Source: Trichoplax adhaerens
Lineage: Eukaryota > Animalia > Placozoa
NCBI RefSeq assembly: GCF_000150275.1
Contig: NW_002060950.1
Location: 2,158,106-2,222,105, forward strand
Length of the DNA: 64,000 nt
Direction of reading: 5' to 3'
Positions 13,662-27,957 of the stretch are shown here, piece by piece. Below the pieces are notes generated by a model. That model was not told where the DNA came from, searched no databases, and worked only from the letters and a program-made list of their open reading frames with translations. The position numbers and the translations under genes were made by a program. Position 1 is the first letter of the stretch. Each line of letters opens with the position of its first letter.

Positions 13662-14728
13662 ATGACTATCGATCGATTGTGCGAATGTCGATGCTCGACA
13701 ACAGAAATATGCCTTCAATGTCCCTTGCATAGAATGCAGGATCCATGTGAAGTTGTGCATGATAAATACCCTAATGAAGAGAATATAGTACAACATCTAT
13801 CGAGTACGGTATTGATCAACCAAGCAAACTCTTCAGACGAACATATCAACTTGGAGGGTAAGTGAGACAATTTTTCTGTTATAGCCTAGAAGCATTAGCT
13901 AACCCACCCTGCGAGAAGTGGATGCGCCACGATTAGGGAATCAGAAATTTTACACACGCATAGACAGTGTTCTAATCAATCTTGACCAACTATAGCTTAT
14001 ATTAATTAATAATTGAAGAACTGTTCTATGGTAGGTAGTCGCGTACGCCAAAATTACAGTAATCAATGTTAGCATTTTTCATTTTGATCAACGCTACTGA
14101 CATAGTACTAGTAGTATTGCGGAACGTTCTCGTGTTAAAGGTGGTATATAATTGCACTTTCCTGTACCATTTGATATATGCATAGATTAGATTGGCGTCT
14201 TTTCAATTCAAGTTTCAACCTTCCTACATGCATATTCATGGATGTCAAAATTAAAATATTCTGTGTGTATTAAAACTGTTGTGCAAATATACTTTAGATC
14301 AAATAGTGCTAATGGATAGACTTGATATTACAGACTTGAAGTAAAACCTAGATACTGACAGAGTCCGTACGTCTTTATTCGCACACTAGAATTGCAATAC
14401 GCTTTGCAACATTGTAATATTTGTTATTGCTGTTGCAGAGGATCTGTCGCCAGCGAATTGCTATGAAAGGATCGTTCTTCTTATTCAATACATCTTTCCG
14501 GAGGTCCCCCGACAACTTTGCCGAGAGATTGTTGCGTTATGCAATTGTGACGTATTTCATACCATCTTTTACATAAGACATAATTATTACGTATATGCTG
14601 ATTGTGATCAAGATGAACAGCTGCATCAATTGATTGACTCTGATTTTGAATCGGAATACGATTCCATTTCTTTGATGGATTCGCCATCGGTAGATTTTAG
14701 AGATTCTGCTGACTACTGTGAACGTTAA
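13662..14728 (+). CDS. Small (~160 aa) protein with Cys-rich N-terminus, CUE/UBA-like (DMA- or TAB2-type) domain and acidic tail; coding exons 13662-13857 and 14439-14728
   Basis: Donor G|gtaagt (13858) and acceptor ttgcag| (14438) are phase-compatible. Exon 2 reads EDLSPANCYERIVLLIQYIFPEVPRQLCREIVALCNCDVFHTIFYIRH...DSDFESEYDS...YCER*. The xFPxx...C.CDV..TI pattern is CUE/DMA-like. Confidence 0.65.
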
Positions 14729-15750
14729 AAATCGATCGTGCAAGTACTGTACAATCATCGACCGTAATTCAAAGTAGTCGATTTGATGTATATCTGATCC
14801 TGAAAATTATTTATTACGAATTAAGGAAAAAGTGACTTGCTGTACAACGTTACTAGTAACTATCAACTTGAATTATAAAGTAAAAACATGTTCTGCCAAT
14901 TGACTGTTAATCATATTAAAGCTGATGCGACATACAACTGTTATTTATTTTTAATCCTTACTAATCGTAGGACATTTTTATGCTGTCGGGACTGTTTGAG
15001 AAACCGTCTTTCATAGTATAAACTTGACTAATATATGACGCGGATTTCAAATGACTGTTCATTTTGTTTAAACGGATTTATAGTATGGCTATTCTAAATA
15101 TCCAATTTAAGGATATGCTCTTGAAAAATCTCTTCTAAAGAGACTCTGTACATTTATTATATAATTAATGGATGAAATCTGCCACTGTAAAGTTCTTTCA
15201 GGTTATGTAGGACATGATGTCACTATATTAATATAATTATTTGCGTTTTATTAACATCAAGGCTTTATGATTACAGTGAAATCGTTAAGTACTCCATTTT
15301 AAATAAAATAAAATTTAATTTATAACAATTCGAGTGTGTATCCTATGTGTACGGTTGGAAATGATCGGTCACTACAGTTAACTTATAGCAGAGTAGTATA
15401 ATGCAGAAATATTAATTCGTGTTTAATTATGATACAGATAATTTAAATATTGCATTTTGCTACAGTTTTCCGCATGAATTTTTAAAGAATGAACGTGGTT
15501 GTCTTTTCAACCGGATTGAATTAAATCGAGTAATAAGATGAATATATAATTAATTTTCAATCAAGCAGTTTCAGTACATGTCGGAATATTGAAATATCGT
15601 GTGCTACTGTATGAGTATACTGCATTAGCTATTTTCCAGGTCGTGTGATGGACGCAAGTATTAAGCATGTAAAATACCTTCTTTCGAGACTGACTACAGA
15701 AGCCGTTGGCCTTCTTGTCCAAAGGATTGATCACGGGACTTGACAGTAAA

Positions 15751-18700
15751 TCATTGGCGTTTGCCTCTACCAAGTGAGCCAGACTACATATATTACCACA
15801 AGAAATATTGACAGTTAGTAAAATATTGACTGGAATGTAATTATAAGATTAATCAACGAACGGATTTTAAGATTCCTGACTTCATGATTTATCAATATTG
15901 ATTACATAGCCGTAAAGATCTGCTTATTCATAATACGTTGTTATTTTGTAAATTGTCGACCATGCCTTTAAGAAGTTTTAACTACGACACGAATTGGTAT
16001 AATAGAGGCCAATAAAGATAACACAAATTCATAATTCTATAGTACTAATTCAATTACTAGTATAGTAGTGTATCTAATCCTTTGAACATAACGATAAAGA
16101 TGAAAATGGGCTAAAGAAATTAAAACATATGGCAACAATATAATAGAAAAATTTCAACATTTGAAGATATGTTGAGACTCACAAACGCCCTTCGCGATAC
16201 CAACAGTGCAGCAGACTTACCGGTTTCCATGGTTCCCTTTCCGATGCTTGCGTGAAACTTCCCTTTCGAGGACGATAATTAACATTACTTTTCCAGTCGT
16301 CGTATGCTTTGGAAGCTTCTTTGGCTTTTTTCTCTCGTTTCTGTTGCTCTTCTTTCAATTTTTTACGCTCTATCTTCACTTTTTGCTTTTGCTGATCCTG
16401 TAGTAATACGTCTTTCTTTTTACTCCTATAGGAGATAGGAAATAGTATCAGACTCAGACAAATTTTCGATAACTAAGAGGCAATGCATCTTCAAAATGAA
16501 TCCCTTCGTAGGTATAGCAGAAATCTTATTCAATCATTATGTTACCAAGCTTCAAATGCTACTTTGGAATCTTTTATTTTATCTTTCTTGGCTTTTTCTG
16601 CTTCTCTGACTTTCTTTTTCTCTTCTTTTAATCGTTTCTTATGTTGTTCAACTATCTTTACATCCTTATCCTCTTTCCAAACTCTGAAATACTTTTCTGC
16701 ATCCTTTTTCTTCCTTCGTTTTTTCAGTTCTTCTTCTTCTTTTTCTCGATTAATCTTTTTAATTTCTTGCTGTTTAGCTTTTAATTTATTTTTCTTGTCT
16801 TCATTCCAATAACTAATAGATAAATTTACTATATTAGGCTTTCAACATGAAGTAAGAAGAGTGATTCAATCTTTAAATAATTACTTCAATTGGAAGAAAA
16901 TGGATAAATTGATAAGGACTAATAACTAACTGTTATAATACTATCTCAAATATATTGCCTTTATAAGCTTTATTAGATAGAAGATTCTTGCTCAGAATGA
17001 TCTAGTGTGCACCCGATTGTAGCAGTTTCTTTAGTCACTGATTTATATTACTCATCTCTTAGAACCAGATCTACAGTACCCATTCATCGATAGAGAAATA
17101 GGATCTTACATAGAAAATATTACTATCTCAGATTTAAGTGAAATAGTACACATACACTAGTGCCTTAGCAGCTTCCGCTTTTTGCTGTTCCTTTTTCAAA
17201 CGTTCCTCTGCTTCCTTGCGTTTTTCACCTTCTAATTTTGCTTTCAATCGTTTCTTTTCTTTAAGCAATTTTTCCTTGCGCCATTCTTCATACACTGATT
17301 CTCTTATTGCTCGAGAAGTTTCATATTGTTCCTTAAACACGGTTAATCATGGTTAATTTTACAAATTATAAGTCTTTATTAGCAGTAAGCTTACTTTGCC
17401 TTATGCAGTCAGTTGTTTAGTAATGTTATTGATAGTGTTTAAATAAATTAAATAAATATCATTCTGTCTTACTTCATAAATATCTATGCCATCAAATTGA
17501 TCATTTTGTAATTCTTTTTGCCTCCACTCGTGCATAAACGTACTCGATCCCGGATAACTTCGGTTGTTTCGGTTCTCTCGAGCGGTTTCCTATAAAAAAT
17601 AAATTTCTTGTTGTCACTTTTACTCATGAATATAACTAGCAAAATAGTGGCAATATAGCATACTGTATAATGGCTGAAAAATTGAAAGACTATCACGGAG
17701 ATAACATATACCGAGAAATATTCTTGGCCAGTTTGTGCCAATTCATTGGCTAGATCACTGGTTCTAATATCTCTTGGGCTTTTATTAGAAAAGTAGCCAG
17801 TACTTCCTTGTGTCTTCAATAGCAAATCTTTACCACTTTGGCTCATAGAAAGTAAATTTTCTTGCCGCTTGGCCTTGATTTGCTCAAATACTCCAAGAAG
17901 TTGACCTGTTCCCGTTTTATGCCCTTCGGTGCTGTTCCGGATAGCTGCACTGGGTGTCCTTTGTAGTATGTCATGTTGACTAATAGTTTGATTTATAGGT
18001 GTCGTAAACGGATAATGATCAATAGGTCCTACATCTCGAGGTGATCGATCGTCATTGGTTATGTCTAAAGAATCTTTCATAGTAGTAAAATCGAAAGCAT
18101 CTTCACTACGATTAATAGATGCTTTATTCCCTTTTCTAGGACTAGAAGCAGAAATTGGGCGAGATTTCCTCGGTGATAGTGCAGATGACGTTGGTTTACT
18201 GGTCGCGGTAGCTGTTTTTGGTCTATCCTTGAGACGCCTATCTGTTGCTACTCTAGGGTCTTTTGAAGCTTTATTCAATTGCCTCTTTCTTGGACTTTCA
18301 TCTTTAAACGGCTCATCGATTGATTTTAGCTGGTCTTTATCCTTGGAGTTAAACAAAGATTTAGATGATCGTCTGGGTGACGGAGACGATTGCCAGTCTC
18401 CTTGCTTTGTTTCTTTACTATTTCTACGCCCAAGCCCTAGCTTGTCTGTTAAATCTCGATTACTATGGCTTTCCCTGCTTGAACTACGATTTAGTAAAGA
18501 TGATTTCTGTGAGGATGCTTTATTTTTTTGAGATTTATCTTTCTGATTTCGGCTTTGAGGAAATAAGATTGAATCATCGTCGTTGGCGTCGTGTTTCTTT
18601 TCGGCCTTCCAATCGTGAATACTATTTGAACTACTTAATTTTGAAGATCTGTTACGAGAATTAAATTTCTCATTTGTTTTACGTGTAGATGTTAAATCAC

Positions 18701-19193
18701 TATCATATTTATCTGTTGCATGCTTTCTACGATCTCTTCTTGCCATAAATTGATCATCATCAGAATCGATATCGAGATTTCTTGATCCTAATCTTTCATT
18801 ACGAATTCTATCACTAGCTTTGGTTGTATTATCGTATGTTGAATGATTGCGCTTCCGATGGTGATCGCTATCGTCTCCTGAAGATTCTGATAAATCATGT
18901 ATAGATGTCGATCCCTGAAACCCCTTTGACGTAAGATCACTAATGTGATGCTGCCGTTGTAAGGAATGCTTTTCAGTTGATTTTCCTAATACTTTATCCT
19001 TTAAACCTCCAACTGATTCTTTAATGCTACCAAAAGTTCGACGAATGGAGCCACCGGTTTTACTGGCTTCCTCCTTTTTTTCTAATGAGGCATCAGCGAA
19101 AAGGCTACGATCTCTTGGGCTTAATGACGGACTAACCTCTGAATTTATCGAGGCTTGCCTCCTAGCACGTCGTTCACTATCAAATTTTTCCAT
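15751..19193 (-). CDS. MAP9: MAP9/ASAP-like microtubule-associated protein (6 coding exons)
   Basis: A long Ser/Arg/Asp-rich first exon (19193-17712) is followed by exons ~17589-17473, 17332-17158, 16813-16527, 16427-16221 and 15783-15751. The C-terminal coiled coil has spaced Trp (IRESVYEEWRKEK, FRVWKEDK, AFEAW, AYDDWK) and ends EPWKP|SGSLGRGKRQ*, like recalled MAP9 IRAAVYQEW...PPWSP. Confidence 0.75.
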
Positions 19194-19833
19194 TTATTGA
19201 TGAATTGTAAGTCTTTCTTAATAATACTAGGTTAAATCAATGAAACTGTTTAAAAGTAATTAAGTCCAGGTTAGTGGTTTTTAAAATATACGTAGGTGTA
19301 CTTCGCATAAGTTGGGTAAAGTATGCACGCAAAGTTCATAAATACAATAATATAGATTGTAACTCTGTTTATTCTGGTTACAATATCGTAGTAACTAACA
19401 TAAAGAAGAATAGAGAATATTTCTAGGATCAAATATAATAAGTTCTGTAGTTACTTTATCAGTATTTACGATCTATATAAAGGCCATGTAAACACCCGAG
19501 AAATAGAATCTCATGACTTACTAATTGTAATCTTCTGAATCAGTCTATGACTCTGACGTTTAATGTTATCTATAGTATATGGAAATGCCAAACCAAACTG
19601 TAGAACAGCTTAATGTTGATGTGGTAATAGCAAATGCCTCTCTTTTCAGTAATCATTTAAATATATTCTTAACCGTTTATTGATCATAATCACTTTATAA
19701 TGTACAGTATATAGATGTATGCTGATTTATGGTTTTATGTCTGCTCTAGATAAAATTATATAAGAAATCCTGCTGCCTTAGCTAGCACTTGGGTAGGTAC
19801 CCTTTCCCATGCCATAGCTAGGAAGGATGTGGC

Positions 19834-19847
19834 GTTGCCATAGAAAC
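19834..19847. promoter_or_regulatory. RFX X-box-like motif (GTTGCCATAGAAAC) upstream of MAP9-like gene
   Basis: Near-consensus X-box (GTTGCCATGGCAAC type) in the divergent intergenic region. Confidence 0.6.
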
Positions 19848-20726
19848 AATGCAGAATGATATTGGAGGTGAGGCTGAAGAGAATAGTTAGACATTCTTAG
19901 ATTAATCAATCACGTACAGAAATGTAATATTGAATATGACGATATTATTAAATTATATTTTAAAGTAGCATGCTAAAGTGATCTTAAAGCCGCTACTTGT
20001 AAACTAGCACGATAAATATTGGTAGCTCAGGTGGTGGACTTAATCTTCTCGATATGTTTGTTTGCAAAGACCTTAAAATCAGCTTTAGATATTATTCTAT
20101 GGAGAATCTTTCAGAAGGATAAATTTAAATATAAAGTTCGCATATAATTGCTGTAACATTAATGGTGGTATACATCACCAGATGGACTGGTAGCGGCGAA
20201 AATTTTTACAGTAATGCGAGAATATCAATTAAAATCAGTTCTACCTTAATTCGTTTCTGTATGCAGTTATAATAACAATCAATTTTGAATCTGTTTCTGC
20301 GGTCTAATAATTCTAACTACTATGCATCAGCTTTTAAAATTACCCTGTCATGTCTCTGCTGAATAAATTTGATATATAGTCAGATAATCAAATCAATTTC
20401 TCCCTTGAGCATTGTTATAACAAAGGATACATACTGTATGTATATGACATATACATGGCCACATAGTAATGCACCCCAGGTCTCTCTTCATAGATCTTTA
20501 AATTAATTTAAAATTACTGCTGTGGATTCTTTTCGTAGAATCAATATTGAATGTAGATCTCACATATGATTACAGTACTACGATATTCAGAATTAAAATG
20601 TACTCGATACAGGTCATATACAATTTATGAACACCTATACTACGCATGTCTTGAAACTAATATTTGGATTGAAAGCTACTACACTGTATGGTGTACTGTA
20701 CGTATACATTTCCTGTATAACTATTA

Positions 20727-20740
20727 GTTGTCATGGATAC
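20727..20740. promoter_or_regulatory. RFX X-box-like motif (GTTGTCATGGATAC) upstream of HEATR4-like gene
   Basis: X-box variant 10 nt before a GTAAGT donor (20751), a likely 5'UTR exon end. Confidence 0.55.
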
Positions 20741-21241
20741 TGCATTGATTGTAAGTAGGTAAATAATACGCGTATATGTATATGTATGATTATAATCAGA
20801 CTTATTATTAACTAGCGCATGTCATTTAATTACATACAGTATCAGCCAAGGAAAGCTTTACTATAGCGCTACTAAAGGTTTGATTGTTTAGTCAAGCTTT
20901 ACACTAGGGATAATGAACTATATGAGTATAGTTGTAATAAAATTTCTTTGATTGAACGGGATAAATTTCGAGATAATCTTCGTTAATTTTATTCATTCCT
21001 ATAGCTTTAGAAGCGGAAAAGTCGTAGACTTCTATTTGCTGACTTAGATTACGTATAATTGAGCGCATTTGAAACCGTAATCGTTTATATTATAAATTAC
21101 AGCTATTAACTATAATAGAAGTAGTAAGCAATTTGTGGCAAGTTTTATGATCATGGATGAGTAAGAGAGTATCATCTTGGTTCAACGCTCATGGTTATTT
21201 TTCTTTCTTGATTTCTATCTTTTAAATGTTTTGGAGGCAAG

Positions 21242-24200
21242 ATGAGTACCACGAATCAACAGACCTTAAATATTGGATTTATAAATAATAATACATTTCC
21301 ACAGTCCAAACTAGAAATTAAAAGCGTCAGGAAGGATAATTCTATTGATAAAGTCAAAAATTCGATCAAGGAGAACGTCATTAAAGAAACATCAAGAATA
21401 AACGATAACTATGTGGAAAAAATATCGTCGGATCTGTCATTTACTGCAGATGTTGTCAAGCAATTCAGTGCACATGCATTACCATATAAAGATGGAAGGC
21501 CAACAGATTTATATACAGGTCGTGGAATGGCTAAAGATAGTTTAAAAAGTAGCGCATTTTATCGTTCTAGCCAATTAAAGAAACCAATCAATTACCAACC
21601 GCCTCCTTTTTACCTCAAGAGGAAAAAATCTCCACCACTTCTTGATGACAAGGGTTTTAACGAATTAGATGTTATACATAGATTAAAACTGAAACAGCGA
21701 CAGTCAACCCTAAAACCCATTCAACAACGCATGAAAGTTGTATCAATTAATGAAAAACAAACTGGATGGGATGAACAAGTTATTTCTAAATTGAGTTGGA
21801 CATCTGCTAAATACATAGTTAAGAAGCAAGTGCCTATCGGTTCACAACAAAAAACTCTTATTCATACCTTAGCTACGCGAGATAAGCCTAAATCAGCTAA
21901 TTCGTTTGCTGTGTCAACACCGAGAAGAGGTAAGTCCATTTCAAATTTGGATCTACTCGAGACTACTAAATTGAAAGAATATTTCATTGATGGATTGTTC
22001 GGATGGATAGATTCGTCCTGTCATTTATACTGATTGATTAGGGTATATCATAATTTTTAGAAAGTTCTGAAATAAGGTTACAGTACGCTATTACATTTAA
22101 ATAGGGATGTATACCTTCGGCGACGGTATGCTACTGTTTTAGGAAGGTTTATTTGGCTATGGTACGCTGCTGTTCTTAGCTACACTGTATACCTAGGCCA
22201 GTTATATAATTATTATTCAGAAAGAGTTGAAATAATCTTAAGATACCTATCATATTTCAGAAAGGCTTTATTTCCTAGCCAATGAAAGTGTAGACTTTGG
22301 AAAGTCTTAAAAAACATAACTAATGGATACTATCATGCTTGAGTAAAAGGGTCTACTTTAGTAATTATGACATCTGCATATCATAATATTTATGATTGTT
22401 TGCTTTTTCAGTGGCATCGCCTAGAGATCCTGGGAGGTATAGGTATAAGTTAAGTATTTCAGATTTAAGTGATGCAGCGGATGGTAATATAGAAGATCTA
22501 ACAGTACCTCAGAAATTGGCTAAGGAAAGCAATCGAGTAAGAAATGCAAAAAAGTTAACAGAAAGTTATGCTTATAGAGACTTGCAAGTAAAAGGTATTG
22601 CTTCGATTTCAATGTCATATATACTGTACTTTGATTTTAAAGTAACTCTTAATTGATCTTTCATTACGTCTGATATCAACAATATAATGATCAAAATTCA
22701 TAACTGCACATTTTTCGAATTACTTACCCTCTCGTAGTTAAACTGACATAATATCTTGTTGATGCTATCTCATTTAACATATTCTGTTAATAACTTTTGT
22801 CTTTTTCAAATTACTATGCTTATATCTTATTGCTATGACTCATATACTGGTATGAACTATGTGGTCATAATTTCTAACCTAAAATTTCTCTAATTACTCG
22901 TACTACCTGATTAATTCTTTATGACATCTTGTTTTTAATCATAAGCTGATTTGAATTGTATCATGATAACAATTCTTAATGTTATATCTTTCAACGCATT
23001 TATATTCTCTTGAGCAATTCTTTCAAGATCATGTCGTGAATGATATGATGATAATTCTTAACTTTATATCTTTAACATGATCGCAATCTCACCGAATCAG
23101 CTTGTTATGATATTTAATCGTTATATTATTATGAATAAGAATTATTAACTTTATATCCTTCAAAGTACGATTATCTTCTTGATCCTTTGTTTATGATATA
23201 CTTTGATTATTACGCGTCTAATATGATGTATACGATAGTATTTCTTAGCTATATACCTTTCAAACTACTTGTATCCTCTTGAACTTGACCAGTTCTTCAC
23301 GAGTACTTGGTATGACCGCGTTGAGTTGTAGAGCACATGAGGATTATATACATTAATTTTATATCTTTTAAAATATTCGTAACTTCTAGATCAATACTTT
23401 ATGATGTCCTAGTATGACCATGTTATGATCTATACAATACTAATCATTCTTAAAATACGTTGATAGACCAAGAAGATTTCAGAAAACATGTTCACGATGG
23501 AGCGAAACCGATCTATTCCAAGCTGCATAGAATTCGTTTAAATGATGAAGAAATCATTCGTTTAACCAATGACACCAAGTTCAAGTTACAGTTGTTGGAT
23601 TTTTATCCGCCATTACCGGAAAAATGGTATTCTAGTACAAATATTGATAATATCAAATCAGATGCTGCTAATAAGAATATTCGGGGACAAAGACCATGGA
23701 AATCTTTACCACAGAAAATCAAGGTAAATTTTTCAATTTGATATCGAGGGAATGTATTGCAGGAGTGTACATTTTATAGGTTCTGCCTTACTTATAATTC
23801 CGAATACTTTTAATAGAATGTACCCTAATAATATAATTTTATGCCACAGGATGACAACACTATGTACAGTTACTACGGAAATAAATCCAAGACTTATACA
23901 GAACCTGATCATAAAACAGTAATAAGAAATAAAGAAAATGTTTATCTACATCAGATTGGTAAGTATTTATGAACCTATAGATGTGTATAGGAACTAAATT
24001 GATATCGAAATAAAAGCCATTGATTAAAAAGGTTCAGATTTATATTTGTTATGGTCACTAGATATTTAAGGGAAATAGTAATTGATTAGATTTGTACTTA
24101 AATTTGTAATTTTTATTTCTTTCAGTACGAGAATGGCGTAAAACATGGCATTTAAATAGTAAATTTTTATATGCCGATGTGGATAAATTATTAGAAGATA

Positions 24201-27200
24201 TCAAGCATGATTACGAACATGTCAGAACTGGGGCTTTACAAGCAATCACTGTGGCAATTATAAATGAGAATATTATGCAAAATAAAAGTATTCAAGCTAA
24301 AGGTAGCAACAGAATTTAGTCTCTTATCTTTAACATACGTTATAACCAATGCTATAATAATCCTCTCAGGATATAATGGGTAGAAAATGATAGAATAATT
24401 GTTCTTTTATCTAATCTAAGTATAATACTGCAAAACTATGTTTTAGATAACTATAAACTATTGCTTCCCTACGTAAATATCATATTGGTCTCTTGCATGG
24501 TTGTAAGCAGAACCTAATTACCTTGACTTCCTGATAGATTATTAACGATAGTCTACGCGTGTTCTCTTCGCTCTAAATATGATTGCGTTAACGCCGTAAA
24601 TCAAGCATTAAATATCATTCCAGGTTTATCGTTGGACACTTTAACAATTTCTATCTGTAATATTAGACACTTATTCATCTTTTAAACTTACCGAAATCCT
24701 TATACCGTTATATTAATTTTCGGGCCTACATAATCATTTGTATTTCACTACCGTACTTAAGATAGCTGCATTAAATGGCTACAGTTTGCCGCAATTTGCT
24801 GCTCTTTCCTCTAATTTTGAGGCTAAGATTACTCTTAATTAACTTAAAGATATAAAATTTGGTCCCAATTTTTGAGCAGATGCTGTATTATTTGCTCGAT
24901 TATGTGTGTATCTTTGCATCTAAGTAGTAAGGGGTCACCAATTGAAAATAATAACATTAGAGCATTCGAACACGATATGTTTACAGTATATTGGACTATT
25001 TTTTTAATACTCTTTGTTGATTCACATTTAGCTTATAGTCATGCAGCAATATAGTTTATGAAATTTAAAAATTTGATAATTAATATCTTGAATTTATAGA
25101 AGAAGCATTACAACTGAAACAAGTGGATGATGATGAAGAAGACGAAGATATATCTCAAGCTAATCAAAAGAACTTGTCACCTCGTGCATTAAAAGATAGA
25201 ATACCAAAAGAATTATTAGGTGCTATTATGAGTGCTTTAACAGATCCATCAAGACGTGTTCGACTTGAGGCAGCGGTGGGCATCATGACATTAGGATTAT
25301 TAAATACCAATGCTAAAAAAGTTCTAGACGAAGTTCTTAGCGATGGTACATCGGAGGAGAAATGGATTGCAGCAAAGTGCCTGGCAAAACATGGTTATTG
25401 CAACACTGCAATTATCAGTGAACTAATCGGTTGTCTATCTGCAGATAGTATTATCAAACATGAAAAGGCGACTCTATATCTCCGAGAATTGAGCAAACAA
25501 ACGGTATACATCAAGATTCTTTAAATTAATATTATTGTAAAAGGTTCTTTTCTATGTTAGAACTGCTTATTAAAAAATAAATAATGATCTATTTCATCGT
25601 CTGCTAACAATACAGTATATATTTCAAGCACCTTAGGGCAGTTAGATTGTATCAATCTACGCTGATAGTTAACGTAACTGTTCAACTGATGAGTAATCAT
25701 ACAAAATTGTTTTCTTTCAGTCTATAATTAATTCAATGCTTGCTGAACAACTGAACAATACTAGTTGGAGAAGTCGAGCAGCTGCTTGTAACTTAATTCC
25801 AAAGTTATATGGTACAATTAATAAGGTATGTCTAATTTAAGATGCAAACACTTTGATACAGGTGTTGAATGAAATAAGTGTTATAGATTAATCATCCTAC
25901 GCCAAGTTAAATAATCAGGTTATAAGTAGTTGCTACGAAATTAAATCTGTGTATATTATTGTTGATAGGACTTAACACAAAAATTAATTAATCTAATGTG
26001 GTCGGATTGGCACCAGGACGTTAGGGAAGCTGCATTGTTAGCATTAGCAAAAGCTGGGCAGGGAAAGGTATTTTGTACCATAACAATGATTTCCTAATAG
26101 GGAATTATCTCTCTTATTATAGAGCTTAGTGTTAAATTTTCGATAATATTCATATAATACAGATTGTGCATTCGGAGCTTAAAAAGCAAATGAAGTCAGG
26201 GACCGAAAGAGGACGGGTAGACGCATTAAGAAAGGTATGTAGTTTGGCAAGCCAACATACTTCATCATACAGGCGAAATTGATTTTAGAGATATAAAAAA
26301 TTTATTAACAATTTCAGTCCCTCAGATATAAAAGATTCTAGAACATTTTATTGATATTCATACCGTTATACTGTCTATCTAGTTTGCACGTATCGGAATT
26401 GCCACTTCTGACATCATCGATTCATTCCTGGAATGCTTTCAAGATGAATATGATCGAGTGCGAATAGAAGCATGTATTGTAAGTCAAAGCATGTGTTGTA
26501 GTCTGTAGATCTAGAAGAATAATCTTAAGTAATATATACCCTACGGTATATATGTAGGCCAGTTATCATAAATTTAATGACCCATGATTTTGCATGTATG
26601 ATCCAATCATACTAGCTTCCAGCGAAGAGAACTTTAAACAAGTCATATTAACATTCACATTTATTTAGGCTGCTGAAATTGTTGCATCGAATGATCTGCA
26701 GGTTATTAAGCAACTGATACAATCCATAAGCGGCGATTCTAGCTATAAAGTTAAAATAAAAGCTATGCAAGGTAACTAAGATATTTCGTTATACTACCAA
26801 TTTGGAGCCGGGTTTAAAATATTCTCGACTCCATTCAATCTCGTAAAATTATGGAAAAATTTTAGAATTAGGCATGTAATTACGCTACTTTACTGATAGC
26901 CAATGCATTTAATAGGAAATCGATGAATTTTATTTTTTAAACAAAATTTTACGTTTATCTTACACAAGCATAGAATATGTTTAAATATTAGATGCGAATC
27001 GTGTTTTAATTTCTTTATCTCATGTCAATATCTAAAGTAATACTATGATTGCTTTGATATTCATGCTACAACTGCAATTAATTAAAAGCTGTCATTTATT
27101 TTTAGCCTTACGCAGCATTAACAAGGGAACAGACGAATTATGTAAGGTTTTACTATGGGCTATCCGCTATGAAAATCATCCTGAAGTACGAGCTGAAGCA

Positions 27201-27957
27201 TGTAAAACGATTGGATATTTTAAGATTGATAATAATGAAGTTGTCTCGGCATTACAAGATCGATTAACGCTCGATGCAAGTCAATTAGTTAGAAAGTGAG
27301 TTATACGACAAAGATTAAAAAAATTGCAATATCCTCTAACTACTATGATGATCAATACAACATCTATCAATAAAGGCCACAACGTAATGTTTTTTATTTC
27401 TTTACATTTTTAGTGAAGCTACTGCGGCACTCGTAGCGCTAGGCAGGACTCCTGCAAGGGAATTAGAAATTACTAAAACTATTCGTGATGAAGTTCAGCA
27501 ATTGACAACAAAGAATCGAGTTGTCGACGAAATTACACGCCATGAAGAGGAAGGAGAAAAAGTTAAAAATTATTCCCGTTTATTAAATATTACACCTACT
27601 AAAATGCAATTACAAGCAGATTCTCAAGCTATACGTAATTATGTCACTCATAGCTATGGTGTTAAATTGAAAGGTGTCGGAGAACTAGATGACTATGACT
27701 ACCATGATACTGGATTTTGGAGCGGTAAACCAATTCCTATAACCCGGGCAATACCTTCAAGATCGGGTAGTCGTGTTCAATTTTTATTAGCTGATAGCAA
27801 ACATGCTATGGATGATGACTACATTAATGATAAGCCGCTATCGGCTACAACGAGAGCTAGTTATTCTAGTTTAACTGAAAATTCCTACAGCACTGATGGT
27901 TTATTGTTATCTGGGAATAGCGATGTAAGTGGAACATCATCTATTCTTAGTGGATAA
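21242..27957 (+). CDS. HEATR4: HEAT repeat-containing protein 4-like (~13 exons)
   Basis: Exons ~21242-21929, 22412-22594, 23467-23722, 23850-23958, 24126-24302, 25100-25503, 25721-25825, 25969-26067, 26163-26234, 26383-26478, 26669-26771, 27106-27295, 27414-27957. The N-terminal region has GWDEQVISKLSWTSAKYIV and VREWRKTWHL. HEAT units include DPSRRVRLEAA, LNNTSWRSRAAAC, MWSDWHQDVREAA, DEYDRVRIEAC and ENHPEVRAEAC. Confidence 0.8.
22760..23440. repeat. Degenerate ~85-105 bp tandem repeat in HEATR4-like intron
   Basis: A ttaac/atttatatc(t/c)tt(c)aa...tcttga...tatga pattern recurs near 22980, 23058, 23145, 23248 and 23353. Confidence 0.55.

Noticed and set aside
14481-14758. Minus-strand hydrophobic ORFs
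   Set aside because: They overlap the better-supported plus-strand CUE-like exon.
18055-18664. Plus-strand ORFs (158 and 99 aa); likewise 16206-16812
   Set aside because: Antisense shadows of MAP9-like exons.
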